DNA from: Candidatus Nomurabacteria bacterium
Lineage (GTDB): Bacteria > Patescibacteriota > Saccharimonadia > Saccharimonadales > VXPC01
Direction: 5' to 3'
Length of the DNA: 64,000 bases
NCBI GenBank assembly: GCA_020631905.1
Contig: JACKGQ010000001.1
Location: 485,854-549,853 of the forward strand
The notes under the pieces were generated by a model, which searched no databases, had not been told where the DNA came from, and saw only the letters and a program-made list of their open reading frames with translations. Both the position numbers and the translations under genes were made by a program. Position 1 is the stretch's first letter. Every line of letters begins with the position of its first letter. Shown in pieces: positions 9,689 through 18,400 of this stretch.

Positions 9689-10279
9689 ATGACCCAGAAT
9701 CTTTCGGATCTACAAGTTGATCCGCGGTTGTTAAGCACGCTGGCAGAGATGCTCAAGCGGATTGGCAACGGCGGTCTCGACTCGCGTGTTGCGGCTGTGC
9801 ATCTTCAGGCCTTGCTCGAAGGCAAGCCTTCGAGTGAATCTTCGTTGGCCGATAGCGCGGTCGGCAAGTGGGAGGGAGTTGTCGTGACTGAGAGCTTTCT
9901 GAGCCAGACGATGGTTTATAAGGGCCAGCTGCTCAAGCGCCACCGAAATGGTGGTGGCTGGGTGCCGGCCGAGCAGTCGGAGGGCGATGAGTCGAAGCCT
10001 TATGTGGACGAAACGGCCTATGTCGGCCCGTTTGCGATGGTCTTCGGCAACGCTCGAGTCTTCGGCAACGCTTTGGTCTGCGGCAACGCTCGAGTCTTCG
10101 GCAACGCTCGAGTCTTCGGCAACGCTTTGGTCTGCGGCAACGCTGAGGTCTCCGGTGAAGCTCGAGTCTCCGGCAACGCTCGAATCTCCGACAACGCTCG
10201 AGTCTGCGGCAACGCTCGAGTCTTCGGCAACGCTGGGGTCTCCGGTGGAACTAGTCTCGAAACTGGCTCTCACGGCTAG
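9689..10279 (+). CDS. Left-handed beta-helix (hexapeptide-repeat) protein, YdcK-like
   Basis: RBS AGGGAGG. Eleven consecutive hexapeptides of the GNARVF/GNALVC type follow a GGGWV...YVDETAYV lead-in. About 60% GC against a ~45% backbone. Confidence 0.6.
   Translation: MTQNLSDLQVDPRLLSTLAEMLKRIGNGGLDSRVAAVHLQALLEGKPSSESSLADSAVGKWEGVVVTESFLSQTMVYKGQLLKRHRNGGGWVPAEQSEGDESKPYVDETAYVGPFAMVFGNARVFGNALVCGNARVFGNARVFGNALVCGNAEVSGEARVSGNARISDNARVCGNARVFGNAGVSGGTSLETGSHG
10046..10243. repeat. Tandem array of 11 x 18 bp (in-frame hexapeptide units), with a near-perfect higher-order duplication
   Basis: Unit GGCAACGCTCGAGTCTTC. Several units are identical at the DNA level, and the block cttcggcaacgctcgagtcttcggcaacgctttggtctgcggcaacgct occurs twice. 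Confidence 0.9.
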
Positions 10280-10353
10280 GGCGGTATGCCGCCGCCACCC
10301 CCCCGCCACATCGATGATGGCGGGGGTTTTGCTTTGTAAAATTTTTACTGGTT

Positions 10354-11586
10354 GTGCTTGCGTTAATGTTACGGTTTGTCCAGAATAGTTCCGATATGGG
10401 CGAAAGATACAAACCAGTTCCGAAAACCGACTCTGACAAGGATTTAATCCTCCCAGGTGTTTATCCAAGTACAAATCGCAAGATTTCGCCACTGTGCAAT
10501 TACCGGACCTTTACTAGACGTGGACGCGAAGAAGCAGAAAGGTTTGACATTGACCGTCTCGGTGCGGCGTTTGGACTGGCGTCTGGGCCCGAACATAGTT
10601 GCTCTGGGGCAACAGAATTTTGTGCAAACGACTGCTATTCAATCGAAGCCGAACGCACTTTCAGCGGAACTGGCAACAGCATGCGCCGTAATTACGAGCA
10701 ACTTAAGGCCGCCAGTTTCGAACAGATGCGCGCGACTTGCTCGGCTATCCTCAATGGCTACAATCTTCGATGCGAGCGAATGGGCGTGCCAGCAGACAAG
10801 CGAATCTTCCGCTGGCATTGGGCTGGCGATATTTTTAGCCGCGACTACGCCCGGGCAATTGCCGCTGCCTTTAATGAGAACCCAACGGTTATGGGGGCGA
10901 TCTATACGAGAGTATATCAACCCGACTTAAATGTTGTGCCTGAGCTAATAAAAGCCCCTAATTTACGCGTTTTTTTAAGTGTCGACCCCGATAACCTCGA
11001 GCGGGCAGCCGAGGTATATCGAGAATATCATCGATCTGTCAGGTTGGCATTTTTAGGCCAAGATTATCACCACGGGCGCACACTAGCCGAGAAGATGGCA
11101 GGTTTGGGCGTTCCAGACCTAGACGTTACCCAGCTTGTCGAAGCCAGCATCGACAGCGATGGCCATATGCCATATTCGTATCCAGATTTATTGTACTGCC
11201 CTGAGCTATACCCGTACGGCAAAAAAAGGCGCGATGGCAGTCGAAGTTTTCTGAGCCTAACAGTTCCTGACTATGTTGAACTCAAAATTGAACAAGCAAA
11301 TGCAAGAGCAGAAGCACGAGAAGTCGACATTAGTCGAGTTAAGCATCGTGGAGCATGTTCGGCTTGTATGGCATGTTACAGCCATTCGGCACTCCACACT
11401 CGTCATGTAATCTTCGTTAAGAATAAAGAGATGCATAGTCAAAAAGGAACTCCTGGTGGTTTGTATCAAGCGGCTATGAGTGAAGTACTTGATGTGCCGG
11501 TGGAGATTGCCAGACGGCGACGACCAGCCAGCTTGGCGGTGGCCAATCAGGTAAGCCTCGAAGACCACCCTAGCCTGTTCGACTGA
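10354..11586 (+). CDS. Hypothetical protein, possibly a phage GP88 / Gp37-Gp68-like Cys-motif protein; start codon uncertain
   Basis: CSGATEFCANDCYS near the N-terminus and CSACMACYS near the C-terminus. GC-rich like its upstream neighbour. The family assignment is from memory only. Confidence 0.3.
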   Translation: MLALMLRFVQNSSDMGERYKPVPKTDSDKDLILPGVYPSTNRKISPLCNYRTFTRRGREEAERFDIDRLGAAFGLASGPEHSCSGATEFCANDCYSIEAERTFSGTGNSMRRNYEQLKAASFEQMRATCSAILNGYNLRCERMGVPADKRIFRWHWAGDIFSRDYARAIAAAFNENPTVMGAIYTRVYQPDLNVVPELIKAPNLRVFLSVDPDNLERAAEVYREYHRSVRLAFLGQDYHHGRTLAEKMAGLGVPDLDVTQLVEASIDSDGHMPYSYPDLLYCPELYPYGKKRRDGSRSFLSLTVPDYVELKIEQANARAEAREVDISRVKHRGACSACMACYSHSALHTRHVIFVKNKEMHSQKGTPGGLYQAAMSEVLDVPVEIARRRRPASLAVANQVSLEDHPSLFD

Positions 11587-11673
11587 GGTCATACCGGCTA
11601 ACTAACCAAAGCTTTTAGTGTTATTCCTAGCTCCGTTGTCTGGGTTGCATAAGGGTGTTAAGATGAACCTATC

Positions 11674-12528
11674 TTGAGTCATCATAGAATATACGTCGTT
11701 ATGCTTGGCATATTTTTGGTCGGCACCGCTGCCGCTGCAGGCTTATATTTGAGTGCAGACGATTCCACTGCCCTACAACAAACAGCCATAAATAGCGATC
11801 AGCAAACGCCGAGCAAGACTAGCCAGACGGTTCAGTCGGCACAGACAGATAACAAAGAAGCCGAATCAACCTACCCAGAGGTCGACAAGGTGGTATACAA
11901 TACAGACCTAGGCGTGTTCAAATGTAAACCTTCATGCTTCTTAGCTGCGGTCGATAAACAACATTCCCTGCCAGAAAGTTATCAGCCAGAAGTCCAAGTA
12001 ATTGCCAGCTATGGCTCGAGCAGATTAGTCAAAGATGCGGCCGATGCACTGCTCGAACTGATCGACTTTCTAGAGGCAGAAGGTGTAAAAGTCGAACTGA
12101 CCTCTAGCTATCGTTCTTTTGCAAACCAGCAGTCAACTTTCAACCGCTGGGTCAAAATACTTATGGAACGAGATGGCCTGAGTCAGGCAGAGGCACGTAT
12201 CCAGGCAAATACTTTTTCGGCCCTACCAGGCCATTCCGAGCATCAACTTGGCACAACTGTTGATATCAACACCGTAGGAGCCGAGCCATTTAATATCGAT
12301 GACAATCGGCTACTCTATGGCTTACTCGAAAAATATGCGTATCGGTACGGATTTGTTATCAGCTATCCAGAAGCAAAAGAAGATCTAACTGGTTATGTGC
12401 ACGAGCCCTGGCATATACGTTACTTAGGTATCGATTTGGCTACAAAAATCTACAAAACTGCTTACCTCGATCCTAGCTCGACTATGTTCTCGACAAAGTA
12501 TTTACGCGATTACGGATTTAGCGACTAG
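11674..12528 (+). CDS. VanY/M15-family D-Ala-D-Ala carboxypeptidase (membrane-anchored)
   Basis: SYRSFANQQSTF, LPGHSEHQLGTTVDI and EPWHIRYLG form the zinc-peptidase M15 signature. An N-terminal TM helix is present. Confidence 0.8.
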   Translation: MSHHRIYVVMLGIFLVGTAAAAGLYLSADDSTALQQTAINSDQQTPSKTSQTVQSAQTDNKEAESTYPEVDKVVYNTDLGVFKCKPSCFLAAVDKQHSLPESYQPEVQVIASYGSSRLVKDAADALLELIDFLEAEGVKVELTSSYRSFANQQSTFNRWVKILMERDGLSQAEARIQANTFSALPGHSEHQLGTTVDINTVGAEPFNIDDNRLLYGLLEKYAYRYGFVISYPEAKEDLTGYVHEPWHIRYLGIDLATKIYKTAYLDPSSTMFSTKYLRDYGFSD

Positions 12529-13157
12529 GCTACACTAATTGTCTGCGGGCTTAGGTTGGTGGCCGTTGCCTCGCCCAAGATGCTGGCTGCCTCGTTGATA
12601 ATCATCTTAAGCTTTTCTAGTTGATCGGTAGCAAAGTTTTGGAGCACAAAATCGGCTAAATCGATTTGAGCTGGGGTTTTTGGGCCAATGCCCACACGGA
12701 TGCGTGTAAAGCTGTCCTGGTTGTGCTGGAGTAACGATTTAAGCCCATTGTGGCCGGCAGCTCCCCCGGCTTGCTTAATCTGGAGTTTACCAAAATTGAT
12801 GTCGACTTCGTCGTAGACGACAACCATTTCCTCGGGGTTAAGCTTAAAAAAGTTAAGTACCGCATGCACAGCCTCTCCACTATTGTTCATGTAAGTTGTT
12901 GGTTTGACTAAGATTGTTCGAGTGCCACCAATGTCACCACTGGCTAATACACATTTTAGATCTTTCTTTTCGGTCCACTGTAGATTGCTGCTGGCAGCGA
13001 ACCTATCGAGGACCATAAAACCGACATTGTGCCGATTGCCAGAATGTTCTGCGCCTGGGTTGCCAAGGCCAACAAAAACTCGCGTGCGCCCAAAACCAGT
13101 GGTGTAGATCATTGCCACTTCTGTTTCTTCTTCGGTCTTTTTTACAAATAGTGCCAT
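12525..13157 (-). CDS. pth: Peptidyl-tRNA hydrolase
   Basis: VGLGNPGAEHSGNRHNVGFMVLD and GHNGLKS motifs. The start may be the internal Met at MIYTTG. Confidence 0.9.
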   Translation of the reverse strand: MALFVKKTEEETEVAMIYTTGFGRTRVFVGLGNPGAEHSGNRHNVGFMVLDRFAASSNLQWTEKKDLKCVLASGDIGGTRTILVKPTTYMNNSGEAVHAVLNFFKLNPEEMVVVYDEVDINFGKLQIKQAGGAAGHNGLKSLLQHNQDSFTRIRVGIGPKTPAQIDLADFVLQNFATDQLEKLKMIINEAASILGEATATNLSPQTISVA

Positions 13158-13198
13158 AGGTAGCTTAGTATAGCGTAAATTATCCGCTCTGGCTTAGA

Positions 13199-13218
13199 TT
13201 ATATAATCGATTATATAA
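13199..13218. repeat. Perfect 20-bp AT palindrome TTATATAATCGATTATATAA (a second copy lies at 43281-43306)
   Basis: Read directly from the sequence. Intergenic, upstream of pth. Confidence 0.8.
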
Positions 13219-13230
13219 CTATACTCCAAC

Positions 13231-13440
13231 TCATTGGTGCTCGAGTTCATGCCGGAATTCACGGTTTTCTTCGATGAGTTCGTTGATTTCGCGGTTAAAA
13301 GCTTGCATATCACGCCGTAGCTCATCCTCGACTGGATCGGGCATTGGCTCGTGCTTGTAGCGCTCTAGTGCTCGTCGAAGTTCGTCGAACTTACGCATAA
13401 CTCGGGCGTGTTGGTCTCGATATTGTTGCTGGTCGCTCAT
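13231..13440 (-). CDS. Small charged coiled-coil protein, hypothetical
   Basis: 69-aa ORF with heptad-like, Glu/Arg-rich composition. No clear RBS. Confidence 0.4.
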   Translation of the reverse strand: MSDQQQYRDQHARVMRKFDELRRALERYKHEPMPDPVEDELRRDMQAFNREINELIEENREFRHELEHQ

Positions 13441-13591
13441 AGGCTTATCTTACATCGGTTTATCTGCCAAGGCTAGACAGTCCGCCGAAAATCGAATTAC
13501 CTAGCCCTGCCTTACCTGAGCCAGTTCTCACCAAGTTTAAAGTGATTCGTAAATATTTCTGATGCGACTCAAGCGAAGTGACTTATGTGCT

Positions 13592-13620
13592 TTGCACAGA
13601 AGCTATATATATAGTATAAT
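13592..13620 (+). promoter_or_regulatory. Promoter TTGCAC-17-TATAAT lying 7 nt before the ATG (leaderless type)
   Basis: -35 at 13592-13597, -10 at 13615-13620, ATG at 13628. Confidence 0.55.
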
Positions 13621-13627
13621 ATTGCTA

Positions 13628-14878
13628 ATGAATAGGACTGAAAAACTAATCAGGTACGAAGAGGTAGTACCTGAGAATTTACGTGAAAGGACTGCTCGAA
13701 GACGGGCATTATTAAATGATGCCGTAGAGGTTGATGGGCGTGGCGACATAGGTGGCCAAGGTACGCCTAATCAAGTCAGAGGTAGCAGATTCGGAGCTTT
13801 AATTGATATTGAGGGAGTTTTCTGTGATCTCGAAGCCGTCAAGGCGCGCAGGCGTTTGGTGGAAATTCTGACATGCGACAGCGGTAAATTTCCACATGTC
13901 GACGATGTTGCAGAAGATGTACGTGATTTAACCTGGACCAACTATCGTGTTGAAGCTCAACAAACCAACCAAGACAGAAGAGTTGGCCTAATCAAACATT
14001 TCGACAACAATAGCCTTGTTGCCTGGGTTGATCTACCAAAGAAAAGACGAGCTCGCAAACAATTATTAGACCAAGACTTTGGAACAAGTCAGATTCATTT
14101 TGGTTTAGCGTATGATTCGCTCGACAGTGGTAGAAAAGTATTCTTGCCGCTACTAACGAGCATTAAGGGTGGACAAGAAGGTGCGTGCCATATCGTTGCT
14201 GCATCTGAGGCAGTCATGGATATGGCTAGCTATTCCACACGAGAGCTAGCTGGCCTTCTATATTCTGTCATCGATGACCTGGAAAATCTGAGTATTGATC
14301 AGATCATCGATTTAATAGAAATCATTTCCAAGATTTTAGAAAAGATTCCTGCACAAGTTGGTCAACAGAATTTGCTCGCAGAAGCGTTACGCAGGATCAA
14401 TTCTGATCCGTCTGGCCAAGACCGAGTTGCCAAGTTCAAGGACTTAAAACTTAAGCAAATGTTGAGGGTGCCAACAAGACGACAAGTATTACGTCATGTT
14501 GGTCAGCAAGCGAGCGAAGTCGAAGTTCTAGATGTTGTCTATCGCAAAGAAGAAGCTTTACCTAATGGCAGCAGTGTGTCGGTTGCAAACTATATAGTAA
14601 ATGAAGGTGTTTTTATGGCCGATAATGGTATTTGTTTTTGCCGGATGACAGTTTATAAAACTATCGACCCAGAACAATATGGAGTTGAACGAAGTCAATT
14701 ACGACCATGGATTCATATCGACTATTCTGAGATTGGTGGTTGCGAAATTTCGGCTTTGTCTGAAAATGGCTATGGGTATCGTGATCTCGACGGTGAAGAC
14801 TCAAGATTACTTGAAGCGTTGAACCAGATTATCCGCGGAAAACTCATGGAAATCCAAACTAGAAAGTTAAGGATCTAA
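13628..14878 (+). CDS. Hypothetical cytoplasmic protein (orphan)
   Basis: Long ORF. The start was moved to the Met that follows the promoter. No motif recognised. Confidence 0.6.
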   Translation: MNRTEKLIRYEEVVPENLRERTARRRALLNDAVEVDGRGDIGGQGTPNQVRGSRFGALIDIEGVFCDLEAVKARRRLVEILTCDSGKFPHVDDVAEDVRDLTWTNYRVEAQQTNQDRRVGLIKHFDNNSLVAWVDLPKKRRARKQLLDQDFGTSQIHFGLAYDSLDSGRKVFLPLLTSIKGGQEGACHIVAASEAVMDMASYSTRELAGLLYSVIDDLENLSIDQIIDLIEIISKILEKIPAQVGQQNLLAEALRRINSDPSGQDRVAKFKDLKLKQMLRVPTRRQVLRHVGQQASEVEVLDVVYRKEEALPNGSSVSVANYIVNEGVFMADNGICFCRMTVYKTIDPEQYGVERSQLRPWIHIDYSEIGGCEISALSENGYGYRDLDGEDSRLLEALNQIIRGKLMEIQTRKLRI

Positions 14879-14880
14879 AA

Positions 14881-16218
14881 CTACTTATTTATGTAGGGGT
14901 TTTCGGAAGTCTTTTCGACGAAAAGTAGCTTGACCGATGTACCATCGAAACCAAATTCTTCGCGCATCGACTTCTCGAGGTAGCGTTTGTAGCTCCAGTG
15001 CAAGAATTTCATGTCTTTACCAAAGAACTTAAATGCCGGCGGCAAGCCCTCTAACTGGGTGACGTAATTTAGTTTGGGATGAGTATTTTTGAGTCCGGCT
15101 GGTGGGTGCTTGAGCTTAACGCGGGTTAACCACTGGTTGAGCTGGCTGGTTTTGAGTCGCTGTTTGCGGTGTTGGTCGATTTCCAAGACAAGCTCAAATA
15201 TTTTACTGACATTTTGACCAGTTACACTACTAGTGAAAATTAGCCCAGCCCAGGGTACGAAGTCGAATATTCCGCGAACTTGGCCACTTATCTGGCCATG
15301 AGTATGGGTATCTTTTTCGGCGAGATCCCATTTACTAACAACTAAAACTAGCCCTTTGCCGGCCTCTTTAATCAGTCCGGCAATTTTTTGATCGAGCACT
15401 ACGCCGACCTCATTGATATCAGTCAGTAGTAAGCAGATATCAGCCTCCTCGATAGCCGCCAGACTACGGAGAACACTAAACTGTTCAATCCCCTTCTCGA
15501 TCTTCCCGCTGCGGCGGATACCGGCAGTATCCAGTAGTTCGATATTTTTCTGCATGAATTTTACTTGGTGTCGGTTGACATCTCGAGTGGTACCGGCTCG
15601 AGCACTCACTACAGCTTGTTGCTTTTTTATGAGGGCGTTAAACAAAGCACTTTTGCCAACATTTGGTCGACCCAAAAGAGCTACCCTAATCTGGTGTGGG
15701 TCGTAAGCGATTGTGCTTTTAGGGAGTGATCGGTACAGGTATTCCTCTAATTCGAAAATACCCGACTTTGTTGTAGCGCTAGTTAAGAAAATATCTTTTA
15801 TGCCTAATCTCTGGTAATCGGCACTTTGCCCGCGTCGGAATTTATCGTGCTTGTTGACGAGTAGGCATACAGGCTTTTTGCTCTTGAGCGCTTGGGTGGC
15901 CACCCGGCGGTCTTCTTCGGTGATACCGGTTTGGGCCTCGATAACTACCATAATCAGGTCGGCTGCTAGGACGGCTTCTTCGATTTGTTCCTGAATGGTG
16001 GCTTCGAAATCATCTTCGGCACGCTTGAGTCCGGCAGTGTCGACTAGCCAAAAATCTTTGTCGGCGATGCTTAATTTGGCCGTAACAGAATCACGTGTTG
16101 TACCGGCTTCGCGGGCAACGATGGCCTCTTTACGTCGAATAAGCACATTAAACAACGAGCTCTTACCTACATTGGCTCGACCGACTATCGCGACGATGGG
16201 TGTTTTTTTCTTAGACAT
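14881..16218 (-). CDS. der: Ribosome-associated GTPase Der/EngA
   Basis: Two GTPase domains (GRANVGKSSLFN and GRPNVGKSALFN, each with DTAG) plus a KH-like C-terminus. Confidence 0.95.
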   Translation of the reverse strand: MSKKKTPIVAIVGRANVGKSSLFNVLIRRKEAIVAREAGTTRDSVTAKLSIADKDFWLVDTAGLKRAEDDFEATIQEQIEEAVLAADLIMVVIEAQTGITEEDRRVATQALKSKKPVCLLVNKHDKFRRGQSADYQRLGIKDIFLTSATTKSGIFELEEYLYRSLPKSTIAYDPHQIRVALLGRPNVGKSALFNALIKKQQAVVSARAGTTRDVNRHQVKFMQKNIELLDTAGIRRSGKIEKGIEQFSVLRSLAAIEEADICLLLTDINEVGVVLDQKIAGLIKEAGKGLVLVVSKWDLAEKDTHTHGQISGQVRGIFDFVPWAGLIFTSSVTGQNVSKIFELVLEIDQHRKQRLKTSQLNQWLTRVKLKHPPAGLKNTHPKLNYVTQLEGLPPAFKFFGKDMKFLHWSYKRYLEKSMREEFGFDGTSVKLLFVEKTSENPYINK

Positions 16219-16251
16219 AACTGACCAATAGTATAACAGAGGTGGTATTTA

Positions 16252-16280
16252 TTGTAAATCAATTAACATGATTGTATAAT
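16252..16280 (+). promoter_or_regulatory. Promoter TTGTAA-17-TATAAT lying 6 nt before the ATG (leaderless type)
   Basis: -35 at 16252-16257, -10 at 16275-16280, ATG at 16287. Confidence 0.55.
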
Positions 16281-16286
16281 ATTGAA

Positions 16287-18173
16287 ATGTCTAAAGATGA
16301 GTTAAGTTCTGCCGAAGGTGTTGCACCGAGTTTTCAGAGCTTGTTTGATGTAGCGGTAGGTTTGTGCATCTCGGATACAGATAGTTTGGCCGATAAAATC
16401 GCCAAAGCACAAGATCGACCAATCGAGCCAATACCAGTCTGGAACTTAAGAGCGATTTTAGATACCACGCGAGCAGACGAGCTTTATCGTTTTGGGGGCA
16501 GATTGATATACGACGGTACAAACTATACTGACTTAGCTAAAGAGCCGAACACGCAGCTTGGTGAAAGCCAGCCAGCTATACAGGCTGCAATCGAAGCATT
16601 TGGTCAACAACTACTCGAAGAAATGTTTGATTGTCTTGGTGATGACGCGTCCGAAAAAGCCGAAAGATTTGCGAGTACAGACTCTCTTGCAGAGCAACTC
16701 GAGATCATCACTTGGCTTGAAAATAGAGTTAACTCGATACACGACACCCGCAGAGATGAAGAAATCGGTAGTCTTGTAGTTGAGCTTAGTGAGGCGGTTG
16801 AGCGCGAAAGTAACAACTATCTTGCCGATGTTGGCATTCAGATTGTTGACCTACCTGAAATTACTTTGTCTGAACCAGTTACAATTACTCAAGAACCTGG
16901 CGACCAACCACAAATCGAATATGTCAGGCTAGGCGATTTAATCGATGATGGCTGGGAAGTTGATTGCGAAGAAGATGGCGATATTCAACCTTATCACCCG
17001 ATCAAGATTAGCCCTAAGTTCATCGGAAAATATCCAGATAATATGCAAATACCGACCTGTCTGGGTAAATCAATCTTGGTAACCGCCTTCTTCGATAAAG
17101 CCGGTGCACCTGTTATGCACGCAGGTGTTATGCGGACTGCTCTGGAATTTGCTAGGTTGAACCATATGAAGATTGTCGATCAAATTAAGGCCGCATCGGC
17201 CGAAGGACAAATAGTTGTATCGGCAGATTTACGCGAAAGATTGGACACTATAGCAAGCGACTACGCAAAAAAACTCGAATCTGCAGCTGGGCGCGGTTAT
17301 CATGCGGCGGCGATTGTTCGATTAAAAAACGGGAGATGGGTGCAGGTTGATCCGAATTATCGTATGGGACTAATAGTAGGTGCATCAAGCCGATTTCTTG
17401 ATGAGCAGTACGGTGTTTTGTCTTATGCTAACAAATATCTCAAAGGTCTAGAGTCAAGCTTCTTAGGAATCGAAACTTCTGCGTCGCTCCAACTAACATA
17501 TTTAGTAAGTGAACTCCTCCAGGCCTTACCAGACGATCAGACCTTAAAACGTGTTCTCAATGATGCCAAAGTAATGCAAGACCCGCGGGATGCGACCAGG
17601 GGCTTTGTTATTGATTTAGTCACGTCTACATTAGAAAAAAGCCAGTTCGCTTGTCGTCAGGATGGCGGCTACTTCTTGGATGATCTAATTGACACACTTT
17701 TACTGGAGTTTCGGTCACCACAAGTGCATAAAAAAGAAGGCCTGATCGATACTACACTAGATGAACTGATTAGAGATTATATGTTTTCTCAAAGCAGTGC
17801 AGACAATGTTTTTGAAAACCTTAGGATTCTGCCGATATTATTTGTGCTAAAGCTCAACGGTTTAGTTATAAATAAGCTCATTACCAATATAGCGAACGGC
17901 AAGAGATATTTACATACCGCTATGGAGTTTGGTATGCCAGCCTTTAGGATTGGCGCCTGCGCACTTAGTGACATTGAGCTTCATACAGATACAAAACTAC
18001 CGTTTAAGTTTTGGGCGAGTAATTGGGCTAGTGCTGTTACCTTTGGGAATAATCCTCCCTCTGCAGATGACTCCGACGATAACGCGTGTTACCGCAGTTT
18101 AGTTACCAGAGCTTATTGCCCAGACTTGGCATATGAAGGAGCTGATGTTATAGTATCTTATAGCCTAGGATAG
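16287..18173 (+). CDS. Large orphan protein with a transglutaminase-like (papain-fold) Cys-His-Asp core
   Basis: PTCLGKSILVTAFFDKAGAPVMHAGV ... GYHAAAIVRLKNGRWVQVDPNY matches the order and spacing of the TGase-core C...H...D signature. Confidence 0.45.
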   Translation: MSKDELSSAEGVAPSFQSLFDVAVGLCISDTDSLADKIAKAQDRPIEPIPVWNLRAILDTTRADELYRFGGRLIYDGTNYTDLAKEPNTQLGESQPAIQAAIEAFGQQLLEEMFDCLGDDASEKAERFASTDSLAEQLEIITWLENRVNSIHDTRRDEEIGSLVVELSEAVERESNNYLADVGIQIVDLPEITLSEPVTITQEPGDQPQIEYVRLGDLIDDGWEVDCEEDGDIQPYHPIKISPKFIGKYPDNMQIPTCLGKSILVTAFFDKAGAPVMHAGVMRTALEFARLNHMKIVDQIKAASAEGQIVVSADLRERLDTIASDYAKKLESAAGRGYHAAAIVRLKNGRWVQVDPNYRMGLIVGASSRFLDEQYGVLSYANKYLKGLESSFLGIETSASLQLTYLVSELLQALPDDQTLKRVLNDAKVMQDPRDATRGFVIDLVTSTLEKSQFACRQDGGYFLDDLIDTLLLEFRSPQVHKKEGLIDTTLDELIRDYMFSQSSADNVFENLRILPILFVLKLNGLVINKLITNIANGKRYLHTAMEFGMPAFRIGACALSDIELHTDTKLPFKFWASNWASAVTFGNNPPSADDSDDNACYRSLVTRAYCPDLAYEGADVIVSYSLG

Positions 18174-18189
18174 TAGGAGGTGAATCAGA

Positions 18190-18357
18190 GTGAGAAGGAG
18201 TAAGCTGGAGGCCGAGCTGATAAGGCTCGGTGTCGATCGAGACACCCAGAGGACGGTGCTGGCAGCGCACGATCAGGCCACCAAGCCTGCGTCGCGCGGG
18301 CGGTCGTTCGGCCACGGAGCACCCGAGATGGATCTGTCGCCGACGCCATCCATCTGA
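18190..18357 (+). CDS. GC-rich 55-aa mini-ORF (MRRSKLEAELIRLGVDRDTQRTVLAAHDQ...)
   Basis: AGGAGGTGA RBS at 18175-18183, immediately after the stop of the upstream gene. GTG start. About 80% GC at third codon positions, unlike the backbone. Below the cutoff of the ORF track. Confidence 0.4.
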   Translation: MRRSKLEAELIRLGVDRDTQRTVLAAHDQATKPASRGRSFGHGAPEMDLSPTPSI

Positions 18358-18362
18358 CCAAC

Positions 18363-18400
18363 TGTGGTGCCCGTCTCGCCAACGCGTTACGGGCACCACA
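18363..18400 (+). terminator. 12-bp perfect GC-rich hairpin after the mini-ORF (no T-run)
   Basis: TGTGGTGCCCGT / ACGGGCACCACA with a 14-nt loop. Confidence 0.4.

Noticed and set aside
10046-10243. CRISPR-like array
   Set aside because: The 18-bp units are contiguous with no spacers, lie in frame inside a CDS, and have no cas genes nearby.
9731-10492. 253-aa antisense ORF and other long overlapping ORFs (9948-10388, 10018-10230) across the hexapeptide gene
   Set aside because: They are shadow ORFs produced by the GC-rich 18-bp repeat. Their translations are monotonous (SSVA/ATLES/RALP). The sense frame has an RBS and a coherent beta-helix repeat.
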